Shown here piece after piece: positions 20,035-30,387 of a DNA stretch of 63,739 nucleotides. Made by a program: the position numbers and the translations under genes. This DNA comes from a virus (Duplodnaviria > Caudoviricetes): positions 1 through 63,739 of IMG/VR virus record IMGVR_UViG_3300047560_001667; one strand, written 5' to 3'. The notes beneath the pieces were generated by a model that saw nothing but the letters and a program-made list of their open reading frames with translations, was not told the origin of the DNA and searched no databases. Position 1 is the first letter of the stretch; every line of letters begins with the position of its first letter.

Positions 20035-22130
20035 GATTTCTGCCCGTCCAGCTTGAAATCGAGCCTCATGGCACCCATCTGCCATGTATTACCTAACTGA
20101 TTACTCTCCATCTTAAACGCAAACTGTCTACCGCGTACTCGAATAAAGACTTGTCCTGTAAATTCTTCAATAGGTACCACAGCTGTTCTTGTAATCACTG
20201 CATTATCACTACCACCAACAGACGCTGGGTTTGTATAACCACTACCTGCGTTAACCAAAGGGTAAACCGTTAATGTGGCTGCTGGACTACTTGTTGTAGA
20301 GCCTCTGAAAGTTAAGTCCGGTAATATTCTACGAATAAATACAAAGTTATGCCCGTCATCAATATCAAACTCAGAGCTTGTAATATAAGCATGAATAGCA
20401 GTAGATACTGAAGTCTCATTATCGTCCAAACCATTTTCATGATTAACTAAGTTATTTGAGTAAGTAGCTGCAAGAGGATAATCTAAAATCCCAGAGTCAA
20501 GCCAAGCGGTGCGACCCATCGTACCGTAATACCATATATCTTCAGCGTAATTATAGATTGCGTATTTATCCACCACAGTGCTATCAGCAGAGCAGTAGAA
20601 CCACCAAACTTCGTTAAATCCTTCGTTGGTGCTAGCAAAGACTTGTTCTGATTGCTGCGCATTAAAGTCATTGAATATGTACTCTCGTAGGTCGCAATTT
20701 TGTGTTTGTACACGACCATCGTATTTGTAAAATTTATCTCGGCCCATCCAATAAGTAACGCCCGACGCGAGCGCTGCTGCGTTTTCCCCTACGATAGAGA
20801 TGTTATCGCCTAAAAGCTCCGCTTTCCATACTAGCGGGTAACCTAAATACTGCATAGAGTAGAGCGTAGAATCTGTCCAAACTAGAATCTCTTGACGTGA
20901 TTGAAGCGCAGTAATAATTTGAGACCCGCGAGTAAGAGGAAGTGACCCAGCCTGATTAGTAGTGGATGGTGTCCAATCAGCGGCATTTTCTTGGTCAGAC
21001 CAGCGTACTAACAGTGGGCTTTGAGTAGACACACCGTAATCATTACAACCAAAAGCAAATACAAAACGGAAAGTATCTGATACGGTAATATAGTTCTGAA
21101 TAGTAGGGACATCTGATGCACCATTAATAGTCGTTAAATTCACGGCTCGGCATGAGATAGACTGCGTGCCTGACTGCGTACCTGATGTGTTGATTAACGC
21201 TCCTGAAGGTGTGGTGGAAACATTAAACACGCCCGCAACATAATTGCGAACATAGTATGTTGTACCTGCATCGATGTTTGTAGGGAGTGAACCTGTCGTT
21301 TCAAAGACTATCGGTGCTCCCTCAGTGTAATGGTCTGTAGTAGCTATTTGTGCAGGGGATGCTATTGTGATGGTAGCTGCGGTACTATTAAGACCCCTAT
21401 CCGCATAGTAGTAATACATCGCACCTGTGCGAGGACCGAATACTAAATCCTGCCCGTAGTTACTCTGTGACCATACACGGAGCGAATCAGACGATGACTG
21501 ACCTGTACCCCAAGACCCACTACTCCAAGACCCTGCACCCCATCCGCTAGTAGGCGTTTGGTATTCTGGACCTGCTGATATTTGATAAACAGCACGGACC
21601 GTCCCACCATTTCCAATATCTAAACCACTTGCTGTCGCACTTGCTACAAAACTATATGAGTTAGCACTAATGTAAGTAATTTTATGTTCAGTGTTGAGAA
21701 CCGCAGCTGTGATGTTCCCGCCTAGGGACGTTGCGCCATTATAAGTAACATAATCCCCATTAGCACAACCGTGCGACGGGGCAGTTACGGTAATAACATT
21801 TGAACCATTAGTCGCTGCAAAAGGTGTTGTTAGATTATCCGCTGTACGAATAGGCGTAATATCATAATAATTACCCCCGCGAGAGATATAAAACTTAGAA
21901 TTCGTCCCAATACCTATAAGCGTTACTTGCCCTAGTGTTTCCCAAGCCCATAGTGAACGGCATACTCCTTCAAAAGTTGCATTAGAAATTCTATTCCAAC
22001 CACCTATTTTCTGAGGTGTACCCTGACGAAAACGAATTTTATCACAGTCATACCATCCGCCTTCTGTAAAATATCTCGAATTTTCGCGGTTAACACCTGA
22101 TTTCACTACGAGCTTTTTTAACGTCATCAC
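20031..22130 (-). CDS. tail tubular/stabilisation (nozzle-like) protein
   Basis: 699 aa; GWYDCDKIRFR.G.PQKIGGW, VRWSDQE, NEVWWFYCS; beta-rich; position. Confidence 0.7.
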   Translation of the reverse strand: MMTLKKLVVKSGVNRENSRYFTEGGWYDCDKIRFRQGTPQKIGGWNRISNATFEGVCRSLWAWETLGQVTLIGIGTNSKFYISRGGNYYDITPIRTADNLTTPFAATNGSNVITVTAPSHGCANGDYVTYNGATSLGGNITAAVLNTEHKITYISANSYSFVASATASGLDIGNGGTVRAVYQISAGPEYQTPTSGWGAGSWSSGSWGTGQSSSDSLRVWSQSNYGQDLVFGPRTGAMYYYYADRGLNSTAATITIASPAQIATTDHYTEGAPIVFETTGSLPTNIDAGTTYYVRNYVAGVFNVSTTPSGALINTSGTQSGTQSISCRAVNLTTINGASDVPTIQNYITVSDTFRFVFAFGCNDYGVSTQSPLLVRWSDQENAADWTPSTTNQAGSLPLTRGSQIITALQSRQEILVWTDSTLYSMQYLGYPLVWKAELLGDNISIVGENAAALASGVTYWMGRDKFYKYDGRVQTQNCDLREYIFNDFNAQQSEQVFASTNEGFNEVWWFYCSADSTVVDKYAIYNYAEDIWYYGTMGRTAWLDSGILDYPLAATYSNNLVNHENGLDDNETSVSTAIHAYITSSEFDIDDGHNFVFIRRILPDLTFRGSTTSSPAATLTVYPLVNAGSGYTNPASVGGSDNAVITRTAVVPIEEFTGQVFIRVRGRQFAFKMESNQLGNTWQMGAMRLDFKLDGQKS

Positions 22131-22143
22131 TTAGTCCTGATTA

Positions 22144-22506
22144 TTATCCGTTCCAGCGTGCGATTTTACCATCACGAACATCAATATGTGTAAATGTTTT
22201 ATAGCGGCCAAGACCTTTGCAGTCATCATCAAAATGCTTCATAAGATACTCTTGCACGGCTACAGGGAGCATACCGTCTATTTGAATATCCGCTGCGTTG
22301 CCAAGCAGGTGCTGACTGTCTTTTGCACCTTTGACCTTGATATTGTAAGTTTTACATCTGTGACCGCTGACAATTTTAATAGGCCGCCCTGTAGCCGTGC
22401 GAATGCGCTCTAAGAGTTCAATGAGTTTTGGATTAACGTGCTTCTCACCACACCCGCAGTGGCACATGAATTCTTCTTCGCTAAAGTGCTCAGATAACTT
22501 AGCCAT
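22144..22506 (-). CDS. endolysin, peptidase M15A family
   Basis: LSEHF..EEF.C.CG, SGHRC..YN..V.GAKDSQH..G.AADI, FTHIDVR. Confidence 0.92.
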   Translation of the reverse strand: MAKLSEHFSEEEFMCHCGCGEKHVNPKLIELLERIRTATGRPIKIVSGHRCKTYNIKVKGAKDSQHLLGNAADIQIDGMLPVAVQEYLMKHFDDDCKGLGRYKTFTHIDVRDGKIARWNG

Positions 22507-22507
22507 C

Positions 22508-22696
22508 CTAATTACCTTCAGACGTAAACAACCCTACTATACCAAAAAGTACACCAGCCGCGGTCAACCCATCATGCACAGGACCTGCGTCAATATTCAT
22601 TCCCGCCATTGTTGCCAATGCCGCCACACTTGCGTGCGTTGACGGTTCTTTTAATCTTGCGTTTAAATAGTTCCACGCTTTAAAGATTTTGTTCAT
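22508..22696 (-). CDS. putative holin
   Basis: RLKEPST motif, two hydrophobic helices, directly upstream of the endolysin. Confidence 0.7.
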   Translation of the reverse strand: MNKIFKAWNYLNARLKEPSTHASVAALATMAGMNIDAGPVHDGLTAAGVLFGIVGLFTSEGN

Positions 22697-23067
22697 TTAT
22701 CAATCCTCTTAATGTTTTCCCAATACCCTTCATTTCTACCACTGGCTGATTCTGGGTCGTGTTGTTCACCATAAGTATCTTCTATTACTTCACCATCTAA
22801 GTTTCTTAAAGCATAAACACAGTAATACACTGTGCCATCTTCAACTGCTGTAATTTTGTGTTGATGTTCTTTGCGAATAACAATAAAGGTTGGCGCAGTA
22901 AATTCTTTAGGCGCATGACCTTCAATTTCAACAGATACTTTGCCCGATACAAGCAGTGTCACATGGTCAAATTTATGCTCATGCCCACCGTGTGTTTCAC
23001 CGGCAAGCTCTAGGACGTTCTGCTTAACCCAGATATTGCCAAAGTAACCGAGCTCAAAAGTTTTCAT
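22693..23067 (-). CDS. cupin-fold protein
   Basis: GHEHKFDHVTLLVSGKV...FTAPTFIVI.K...HKITA. Confidence 0.75.
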   Translation of the reverse strand: MKTFELGYFGNIWVKQNVLELAGETHGGHEHKFDHVTLLVSGKVSVEIEGHAPKEFTAPTFIVIRKEHQHKITAVEDGTVYYCVYALRNLDGEVIEDTYGEQHDPESASGRNEGYWENIKRIDK

Positions 23068-23489
23068 GGTAATTGCACCACAGGCGTTTGCTCTTTCCAA
23101 GATACAGTTGGTTCGTCCCAGTAATAATGTTTATCATCTTGTGGATAAGGTACAGGTGGTTGCCATGACATAGTATCAATATCACCAACCCATGAAGAAT
23201 AAGGTTTTCTTAGATTAAATTCTTGTAGCTTATCTGCATTAAACTCAACTTCTGAAAGCACTTTTAAAACGCCAACAAGGTTTGTATCTGCATCATCATC
23301 ACACGTTCCCCAAATTAATGGCGGCTTACTGAGTGAGCCGTCAGGGTTCGATGCAATAGGAAAATCAGATTCATTTTGAAAGATAAACTGAAAACCTTTC
23401 ACGTTTGGGAGTGCCGGTCCTGTGCGCATTGGAGCTTCTGTGCAAAGAATACCCGTGTCTGCGTCGATGTTTGTTAGTTGTATGTACAT
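23064..23489 (-). CDS. tail fibre assembly/chaperone-like protein
   Basis: KPYSSW...WQPPVPYP.D...YYWDE...W; follows a receptor-binding gene. Confidence 0.55.
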   Translation of the reverse strand: MYIQLTNIDADTGILCTEAPMRTGPALPNVKGFQFIFQNESDFPIASNPDGSLSKPPLIWGTCDDDADTNLVGVLKVLSEVEFNADKLQEFNLRKPYSSWVGDIDTMSWQPPVPYPQDDKHYYWDEPTVSWKEQTPVVQLP

Positions 23490-23531
23490 AAAAGCCTTTT
23501 AAATGATTAAATTATTAAAGGTTTAACGCTG

Positions 23532-24176
23532 TTACACAGCGATTCTCCGAACAGCTCTGACGCAGTAACTAGCGCTCTTAATGGTGTTGCCGTTCTGACC
23601 TCCAGTGCTGAAGGCCTGAAGCCATGCGTAGTAAGCACCGTTCTCAGTAGAAGACCAATAGAAGTTAGAGTCAAACGCATTTGTTTCCCCAGTTCTAAAG
23701 CCAATACCCGCACTCGTTTGAGCGGGTGAACCTGTAGTGTAATTAGTGCTAATCGGCTCTGGTGATACCGCATTGGCATTTGAACCCGATGTAGTAGCGT
23801 TAGCATTAGTAGTCGGTTTTAAGAAATAATACAGCACTTCTAGCTCGTTTTTAGCAGGTAGATACCAATCGCTATAACCCCCTATTGTTAAGCCTTCAGC
23901 AAATACAGCCGCCTGATATGATGCACCGAGTGCAGCTAATGACGCAGAGTTTGTTGGTCCATCAATAACAGACGTTATCCCCGTTGTTGCTCCGTAAACG
24001 CCCCATGTTCTACTTGAATTTTCACCAGATGCTTTAGGGGCGACAATTAAATAATACTGCGTACCAGAAACGTTAATCTTACCAGCGTAAAATCCGCCAC
24101 CAAACGCTTGCCCAATGGTCGTTGGGCCTGCGGGTGCATAAGTCCCGCCCGTTAACATTTGTTGAATCCCACTCAT
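23532..24176 (-). CDS. DUF1566/Lcl-type C-type-lectin-fold tail tip protein
   Basis: IGQAFGGGFYAG, GGYSDWYLPAKNEL, YWSSTE...AW...F..G...VRAVRR; likely start at 24176. Confidence 0.8.
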   Translation of the reverse strand: MSGIQQMLTGGTYAPAGPTTIGQAFGGGFYAGKINVSGTQYYLIVAPKASGENSSRTWGVYGATTGITSVIDGPTNSASLAALGASYQAAVFAEGLTIGGYSDWYLPAKNELEVLYYFLKPTTNANATTSGSNANAVSPEPISTNYTTGSPAQTSAGIGFRTGETNAFDSNFYWSSTENGAYYAWLQAFSTGGQNGNTIKSASYCVRAVRRIAV

Positions 24177-25303
24177 TAGGTCAACCCCGCACCAGAAATA
24201 ATCCAAGTTGTTGATGTTATCTTAAGTGCTGTCGCTGTGCCGTACTGCGCGAGTGAGCGTGTACCGGTTGTGCCTGTACCAGCTAAATACATCGTGTCAG
24301 TTGTGATTGCAATACTGACAACTTGAGATGTCATATTAACAAACGAAATTGCTGTGCCTATTGGGTATGCCACTGAGCTATTGGCAGGGATAGTAAATGT
24401 CCGAGCGTTAGCGTCAGTTGACGGATGAAAAATACATTTACCAGAATCAGCTAACACGGCTGTGTATGCTGTGCTTTGACTGTTTATAGGTATATTTCTA
24501 AAACCAATGGCATCAGTCCCATCAACCGTACAAGATGACAGCGTACCGCTTGATGGTGCACCTAAAGGTTGTCCAGTATTAAACGTAATATCACCCGTCA
24601 TCGTACCGCCAGTGGTAGACAGCTTACCATTAAAGGTATTCCAATCGGTACTAGTTAAATACCCACTAACCGAAGTTGTAGCAGCAGGCATACTGATTAC
24701 AGGAGTAGTACCCCCAGTTGATGCTACGGGGGAAGTGGCAGTTACTGAAGTTACACCAGACGCACTAGGTGTTTGCCAAGTTGCCGCTGTACCGCTAGTT
24801 GCTGTTAGAACTTGACCTATGGTTGGCGCTGTTGCGCTATTAACAACAACTGTTGTTGTTGCAGAATTAATCCCATTAGTGGTTGTGGACAATGTAGGTA
24901 CAATCTCAACAAAGTCTGAACCATCCCAAGCAACTATGGTTGTTTTACCAGCAGCAATTGTTACACCCGTAGTTGGGCCAGTAACGCCTTTAACAACAAC
25001 TGAGCCTGTAGCTTGGTTAATAACAACATAAACTTTACTTTGATTAGGCGCGAGAATTGAGCGAGTTGTAGCGCCGTTAGTTCCTGTAGGAATTAGCACA
25101 GCCGCTCTCGCTGTCCCAGAATCTGAACCGTCAATGGCCGTTAAAGTCCAGTCACTGGAAGTAACATCTGCTGTTTTAGAGCCTGCAATAGCCGTATCAA
25201 GAAGCGAGGTAATACTGTCATTAACTGTATCTCCCCAAGTACCTGTAAGCTCTCCTGTGACGGGAAGAGCCAATCCTAAAAGTGATGTATAAGCTGTTGT
25301 CAT
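24176..25303 (-). CDS. tail fibre protein
   Basis: LGLALP.TGEL.GTWG N-terminus; GYLTSTDWNTFNGK, GGTMTG; C-terminal FTIPANSSVAYPIGTAI...WIISG. Confidence 0.75.
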   Translation of the reverse strand: MTTAYTSLLGLALPVTGELTGTWGDTVNDSITSLLDTAIAGSKTADVTSSDWTLTAIDGSDSGTARAAVLIPTGTNGATTRSILAPNQSKVYVVINQATGSVVVKGVTGPTTGVTIAAGKTTIVAWDGSDFVEIVPTLSTTTNGINSATTTVVVNSATAPTIGQVLTATSGTAATWQTPSASGVTSVTATSPVASTGGTTPVISMPAATTSVSGYLTSTDWNTFNGKLSTTGGTMTGDITFNTGQPLGAPSSGTLSSCTVDGTDAIGFRNIPINSQSTAYTAVLADSGKCIFHPSTDANARTFTIPANSSVAYPIGTAISFVNMTSQVVSIAITTDTMYLAGTGTTGTRSLAQYGTATALKITSTTWIISGAGLT

Positions 25304-25307
25304 GTTT

Positions 25308-26234
25308 TTAACCTGATGTGATTATGGGTGTCCAATTTGGGTCTTGTGTTGTGGTAATTGTAGTCCAATTTGCTGTTTGTGTATCATCTATTTGCTCCCA
25401 TAAGTATCGCCCAGTAACAGAATCAATTGCATAAACAGTCTCATTTATTGTAATTGAAAATGTTCCGATTGAAGTTATTGCGTCAGATACACTGCCACTT
25501 TCATTTATAGACGCTAACAGCGATGCTAAGTTTGTTTGGGAATCACTTGCAAGTACACTTTCTAGTAAGGTAACAGATAAAGCTAATCCACCAATTTGTG
25601 CATCAGTAGCTGTAGCTGATTCTGTTAGGTTGCATCCAATGCCTACCGTAGTTGTTTGTGTATCAGTAGCTGTAGCAGATTCAATTAAAGCCCCTAAAAC
25701 TAACAACTCAGCGATTACGGATGAATTTGTAGTTACTGATTCTAACGCTTCTACGCTTATTGACAGTGTTGCAGTTTGAGCATCTAATAATGTAGCTGAC
25801 TCTGTTAAACTACTTGGTATTGATAAGGTACATAAAACGCTATCTACTAAAGTAATTGTCTCTGTAATTTGAGCTAAAGTAGATGAACTATTTACCTGAC
25901 TATCAATTGCAGTGACGCTTTCTGATATTACTGCTGAGTAAATTACGTACGCATTTTGACTGTCTAAAGCTGACGCGGTCTCTACAATTACGCTATAAGG
26001 TGTACCACCCCACGCATCTTGGCCCCAACCACCATACCCCCATGAACCAGGGTCAAGATTAATATATACTGATGCGTCTACACTTACACTCTCAGTTAAA
26101 CTGACTGAATAGCCAACACCAACTAATTGAACCTCTGTGGCTGAGGCATTCTCAGTTAAACTGACTGAATAGCTTTGCCCTGCTGTAGGTAGTGCAGCAA
26201 ACGGTGTATCAGCAAATGTAGAGAAGCCAAACAT
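25308..26234 (-). CDS. repetitive tail-associated protein
   Basis: MFGFSTFADTPFAAL N-terminus; many approx. 19-aa LTESATATD repeats; W..I C-terminus. Confidence 0.65.
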   Translation of the reverse strand: MFGFSTFADTPFAALPTAGQSYSVSLTENASATEVQLVGVGYSVSLTESVSVDASVYINLDPGSWGYGGWGQDAWGGTPYSVIVETASALDSQNAYVIYSAVISESVTAIDSQVNSSSTLAQITETITLVDSVLCTLSIPSSLTESATLLDAQTATLSISVEALESVTTNSSVIAELLVLGALIESATATDTQTTTVGIGCNLTESATATDAQIGGLALSVTLLESVLASDSQTNLASLLASINESGSVSDAITSIGTFSITINETVYAIDSVTGRYLWEQIDDTQTANWTTITTTQDPNWTPIITSG

Positions 26235-26241
26235 ATTTTAA

Positions 26242-26655
26242 TTATGCAGTAGTAGATTGAGCGTTAACAATCACCAACGCTTCTGCAACTAAAGCATCTA
26301 GTTGGTCGGCAGGGATTTGAGCTTTTAAAGCATTTAAAACCGCTTTAGCTTTATTTTGCTCGGCTTTTTCAGTTCGTAACCTTAACGTTAAATCAACTCT
26401 ATATTGATACTTACTAATTAAATCAATTTGTTCGTCACTAAAAGATAAAGGTAAATCGTCTATTTTTGTATGATTATCTGGTTTTGTACCTACATACGGT
26501 GCAATATCGGAAGGAACATCACCTTGTGGGAGTGCCGTTAACATTTGAGTAAAGTTATCAATATTAATTTGATACCCATTTACTTCTCTTTCTCTATGCA
26601 CTACGTTATACGCGAGCATATTAATTTTGTCTTGGTCTGTTATTGTTAAATACAT
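26242..26655 (-). CDS. hypothetical protein (possible fibre chaperone)
   Basis: ORF track; follows the propeller gene. Confidence 0.6.
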   Translation of the reverse strand: MYLTITDQDKINMLAYNVVHREREVNGYQINIDNFTQMLTALPQGDVPSDIAPYVGTKPDNHTKIDDLPLSFSDEQIDLISKYQYRVDLTLRLRTEKAEQNKAKAVLNALKAQIPADQLDALVAEALVIVNAQSTTA

Positions 26656-26668
26656 TTTATACCCCTAA

Positions 26669-27733
26669 TTATTTTGATGAAAAACTTACTTTAGATGTGT
26701 TGCTGCCTGTGGGAAGTGTAGTTGGGTTAGCATATTTAGTTCCATACCCTGCGCTCCAAGGATATACCGTTAAAGCAGTTGTCCCATCTGAAGCTACTGC
26801 TATGTCTGACCCTGTTGAATTAAAACTTACACCTGTTGCTGCTGTACTAACTACTGGTAGTACACTAGGGTTAGTATATTTTGTACCGTAACCAGAACTC
26901 CAAGGGTACGATATTACATATGGAGACGCAGTTGATGCGTAAGAAACTACCGTCCCTGTAGGATTAAATGCTGCGGAATTGATATTTCCTGTAGGTAATG
27001 TTGGAGGGTCAGCGTATTTAGTTCCAAACCCTACTCCACTTGTCCAAATATAAGCATTAACATAGGGTGTGCCATTTGTACCAACTGTTAATACATCACC
27101 TGCTGTGTTAATAGCTATCGCAAGACCTCTTGCGGAAAGCGCAGATGCGGGGTTAGCGTATTTTGTACCAAACCCAGAACTCCAAGCATAAGCAGCCATA
27201 TTTGGAGTAGTAGTATGACCAAGAAATATATCATTTCCATTGGGAGAAAAAGTAATGGCGTTCCCTGCACCGGCTGGCAATATAGAAGGGTCAGCATATT
27301 TTGTACCATATCCTGTAGTATTATTCCAAGGGAATGCACCGATAAAAGGTGTTGCTGTTTGCCCTATAGCAATGGTATTCCCTGCAGGGTTAAATACAGG
27401 TCCAGAAGAACTTGACCCTCCAGTAAACGATGGGTCAGTATATTTTGTTCCATACCCTAAAGAACTCCACTTATAACTGGTTATAAAAGGAGAACCATTC
27501 ATAGCAAACGAAACAACAGATGAGATAGGGTTAAATGAAACCCCTTTAGTACCTATAGTCATTGCGGTTGTTGGATTTGTAAACCTTACACCAAAACCTA
27601 CACCTGTTACCCAAGGATAAATATCTTGATATGGAGACGCAGCAGAACTCATTGCTATTGATGGTGGGTATTTTAAAGCACTAAACCCAAATCCTAGAGC
27701 ATTCATTAAACCTAAACTTGAAATTAAAGGCAT
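26669..27733 (-). CDS. seven-bladed beta-propeller, putative receptor-binding protein
   Basis: Seven approx. 45-aa repeats with consensus YPWSSG(F/Y)GTKY(A/T)(N/D)P. Confidence 0.75.
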   Translation of the reverse strand: MPLISSLGLMNALGFGFSALKYPPSIAMSSAASPYQDIYPWVTGVGFGVRFTNPTTAMTIGTKGVSFNPISSVVSFAMNGSPFITSYKWSSLGYGTKYTDPSFTGGSSSSGPVFNPAGNTIAIGQTATPFIGAFPWNNTTGYGTKYADPSILPAGAGNAITFSPNGNDIFLGHTTTPNMAAYAWSSGFGTKYANPASALSARGLAIAINTAGDVLTVGTNGTPYVNAYIWTSGVGFGTKYADPPTLPTGNINSAAFNPTGTVVSYASTASPYVISYPWSSGYGTKYTNPSVLPVVSTAATGVSFNSTGSDIAVASDGTTALTVYPWSAGYGTKYANPTTLPTGSNTSKVSFSSK

Positions 27734-27742
27734 AGATAATCT

Positions 27743-28717
27743 TTAAGCAAATTTAGTAACAGCAGCTAAGACAGTAAATGTCGCAGCAGCAGTTTTTATA
27801 ATAGCATAAGTATAAACATCAATAGCAGAAGTGTTACCGCTTGTCGGAGCTGTTCCACCTTGCCACTTAGTTGTTACGCCAGTTGTTGTTCCATCTACCT
27901 GTACTGCACTATTATAAAATGCTGTTGTTGCACCATTAGTTACCATGTGAGTGACTGTAATCGTTTGACCTACCGCCAATGCGGTATTAAGCGTTGTGCC
28001 TACTGAATGTCTTATGTTTAAAGTCCAGTTAGCGGAAGCATTAGACGTGTAATATAAAACGGATTGGGAGCTTGTATAGTATGCAATCGTTCCAGCGGCA
28101 GCAGTAGCTGATACAGTAGTTGTTTCAGCAGCATTAGCAAAAACAGCAGCTAATGCACTTGAAGTCCCATTAAAAGTTTGAGTGCCTGTAAAGGTGTTTG
28201 CTACGTTTGTTACTGGTAAGTTTGCGCCAGCTAAAGTTGTTGCTCCTGTACCACCAGATGCAATTGCCAATGTAGCACTTAAACCAGCCGCAGTCCCAGT
28301 CGTGTTTTGATTCCATGTGGGTACTGTGCCGCTTAAATTAGCATAGGTGTACCCAGTCGCATTTGTCAAAGTCCCACTAGACGGCGTCCCTAAAGGTCCA
28401 CCAGTGTACATCGCTCGCTCAGCAGGGTAAGTGACAAACACATCTTTAGTACCAGCAGTGAACGTAACTAGACTCCCTGCATTGCTAGATGCTAAAACAG
28501 TATCTCGGCTTAGTGTGTTTCCAGAGGTTGTGTAGGTACCAATTCCTACTTCCCAGTTAGCTCCTGTTTGGTCAGCGATGGTGTAATAAGTAGTATTTGT
28601 ATTACCGATTGCTGAAGAAAACGTCTGATACCCTGCCGCAGCACCAGCTAAAGTAATAGCGGTAGTGCCTGTGGATGTTGTAGTTTCCTTAACTCTATCC
28701 GCTAAAACTAAAGCCAT
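27743..28717 (-). CDS. tail fibre protein
   Basis: MALVLADRVKETT...WEVGIGT...KDVFVTYPA N-terminus; GGTGAT; KWQGGTAP...DVYTY C-terminus. Confidence 0.75.
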   Translation of the reverse strand: MALVLADRVKETTTSTGTTAITLAGAAAGYQTFSSAIGNTNTTYYTIADQTGANWEVGIGTYTTSGNTLSRDTVLASSNAGSLVTFTAGTKDVFVTYPAERAMYTGGPLGTPSSGTLTNATGYTYANLSGTVPTWNQNTTGTAAGLSATLAIASGGTGATTLAGANLPVTNVANTFTGTQTFNGTSSALAAVFANAAETTTVSATAAAGTIAYYTSSQSVLYYTSNASANWTLNIRHSVGTTLNTALAVGQTITVTHMVTNGATTAFYNSAVQVDGTTTGVTTKWQGGTAPTSGNTSAIDVYTYAIIKTAAATFTVLAAVTKFA

Positions 28718-28726
28718 ACATCACCC

Positions 28727-29305
28727 CTAAACTGACGCTGTGTAAGTAACAAGTAATGAATCACCAGATACCACTGCACGGCTACCACCTGTAAAACTAC
28801 CAGCAGAATAAAGAATACCTGCACCACCATCAGTAGCACTGTTTCTTGCTTGAGTTGTACACATAAGCGCACCTAACACTGTACCTGAACCACTGATGGT
28901 AAACGTAGTAGCTGTTGTTGCTTTTGAGCCAGCCGATGCCGCACTCCAAGTTGGTGTTGCTCGGTTAGTAGAACTGCCTGAAATAGTGTAGTCTAAGTAT
29001 TCTAGCCAACCAGCGTGAGAAGCTAAAGTGTCTCCAGCTGCGTAAGCGCTAAACGAAGCGTTGTCAACAAGACCCATATACCAAGCCGCTGTATAAGCAG
29101 AACCAGCAAAATATTTATCTAGTAAATCATTTTTGCCAACAGTCACTACTAAGTTTTTAATAGTATCTTCCCACTTCACATTACCGTCAGCGTCAAGGCA
29201 TTTAACATCATAGTGACCTGTAATTTGAATTTGTTCGTCAGCTTCTCCACCTCTAATGAGGGTTACGCCTGTTGAGTCTTGCGCATCTACTTTTTCTGAG
29301 TGCAT
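28727..29305 (-). CDS. tail-associated structural protein
   Basis: NLVVTVGKN.LL...GILYSAGSF...GDSLLVTY. Confidence 0.65.
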   Translation of the reverse strand: MHSEKVDAQDSTGVTLIRGGEADEQIQITGHYDVKCLDADGNVKWEDTIKNLVVTVGKNDLLDKYFAGSAYTAAWYMGLVDNASFSAYAAGDTLASHAGWLEYLDYTISGSSTNRATPTWSAASAGSKATTATTFTISGSGTVLGALMCTTQARNSATDGGAGILYSAGSFTGGSRAVVSGDSLLVTYTASV

Positions 29306-29314
29306 ATTGTTTAC

Positions 29315-29731
29315 CTAATTAGAAGAGCGAATAATAGCTGAAGTGCTTGTGTTCGCTGGAAAAGTTATTGTAAAAGTTGAGGTTGTTATCTTATCGCTAC
29401 CAAAGTCCAGTACCGCAACAGAGCGATTAGCTTTAGAGCTATTATATATCAACGCGCCACGTACTGTGAAACTTGCTGAAGTCCACGAGATATTATCAAA
29501 GCTAATATACGCAACACCACTCGCTGAGCTAACTATAGGGTTAACTAAAGACTTACCGCCCGCTGTATAACCCGTACCTGAAATCTCACCTACATCTGTA
29601 TAAGCAGTGGTGTCTTGATTAAGCGTAGCGTTAGCTGTGTACAAAGCAATTTTAAACGTATCCGTAGTAAAGTCATGGATAGCTTCATAGAGCTCTTTTT
29701 TAAAGCTAGTTGTTTGGCCTTGTACTATCAT
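29315..29731 (-). CDS. tail-associated structural protein
   Basis: SFK.EL....HDF..DTFKIALY...GYTAGG...LDFG.DK. Confidence 0.7.
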   Translation of the reverse strand: MIVQGQTTSFKKELYEAIHDFTTDTFKIALYTANATLNQDTTAYTDVGEISGTGYTAGGKSLVNPIVSSASGVAYISFDNISWTSASFTVRGALIYNSSKANRSVAVLDFGSDKITTSTFTITFPANTSTSAIIRSSN

Positions 29732-30387
29732 CTAACAGGTATCCTTGCTTGACCGTTACGATACGCATCCCCTCTATCTTTACCTGTCGCAAGTGTATTG
29801 AGTAGATTCATTGCTTCTTCGTAGCGTTGACGATATTGAGTCATAATTTCGGTGTCCCCTTTGAGGAAAACGTAAGCTTCTAATATAGAGCCGTACAGCA
29901 ACGCGGAATCAAAATTATCGCCGAGCCATGTTACACCACCAGACTCTTCACTTGTAATAGATGGCGGATAGTAAAAGTAATGGAGCTCTGTGTTGTAATC
30001 TTGGTCTGGCGTAGGCCCTAAAATAAATGTCAGTTCATCGATATTATCTGAACGAGGACCAAATATTGCATAATACTTAGGTATGGCTGTGTCGCCGGGA
30101 TTTGGGTACGCTTCACGAATGAAGTTTACATCTTTATTTAAAAGATATGTGTAGTTATCATCTGCATCAATAACAGCTATAGAGTAAGCAGATAAAAAAT
30201 CTAAAGGGCATTGCAAGTATTTATTATTAGCGGTAATTACACCCGTGACGTTTTTGCGTAAATCTGGAAGCTGTATTGAATTGTAAATTCTTTGTTCAGA
30301 TTGTTCTATGAAGGTATTTAACTGCGCTGTTGTAAATGAATTTTCAACGTAATCGGAAATTGCAGTGCAAAGTTCTAAGTATGTCAT
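29728..30387 (-). CDS. head-tail adaptor / tail tubular protein A-like
   Basis: MTY.EL..AI.DY...P.YYA...GPTPD...LLYGS..EA. Confidence 0.7.
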   Translation of the reverse strand: MTYLELCTAISDYVENSFTTAQLNTFIEQSEQRIYNSIQLPDLRKNVTGVITANNKYLQCPLDFLSAYSIAVIDADDNYTYLLNKDVNFIREAYPNPGDTAIPKYYAIFGPRSDNIDELTFILGPTPDQDYNTELHYFYYPPSITSEESGGVTWLGDNFDSALLYGSILEAYVFLKGDTEIMTQYRQRYEEAMNLLNTLATGKDRGDAYRNGQARIPVR

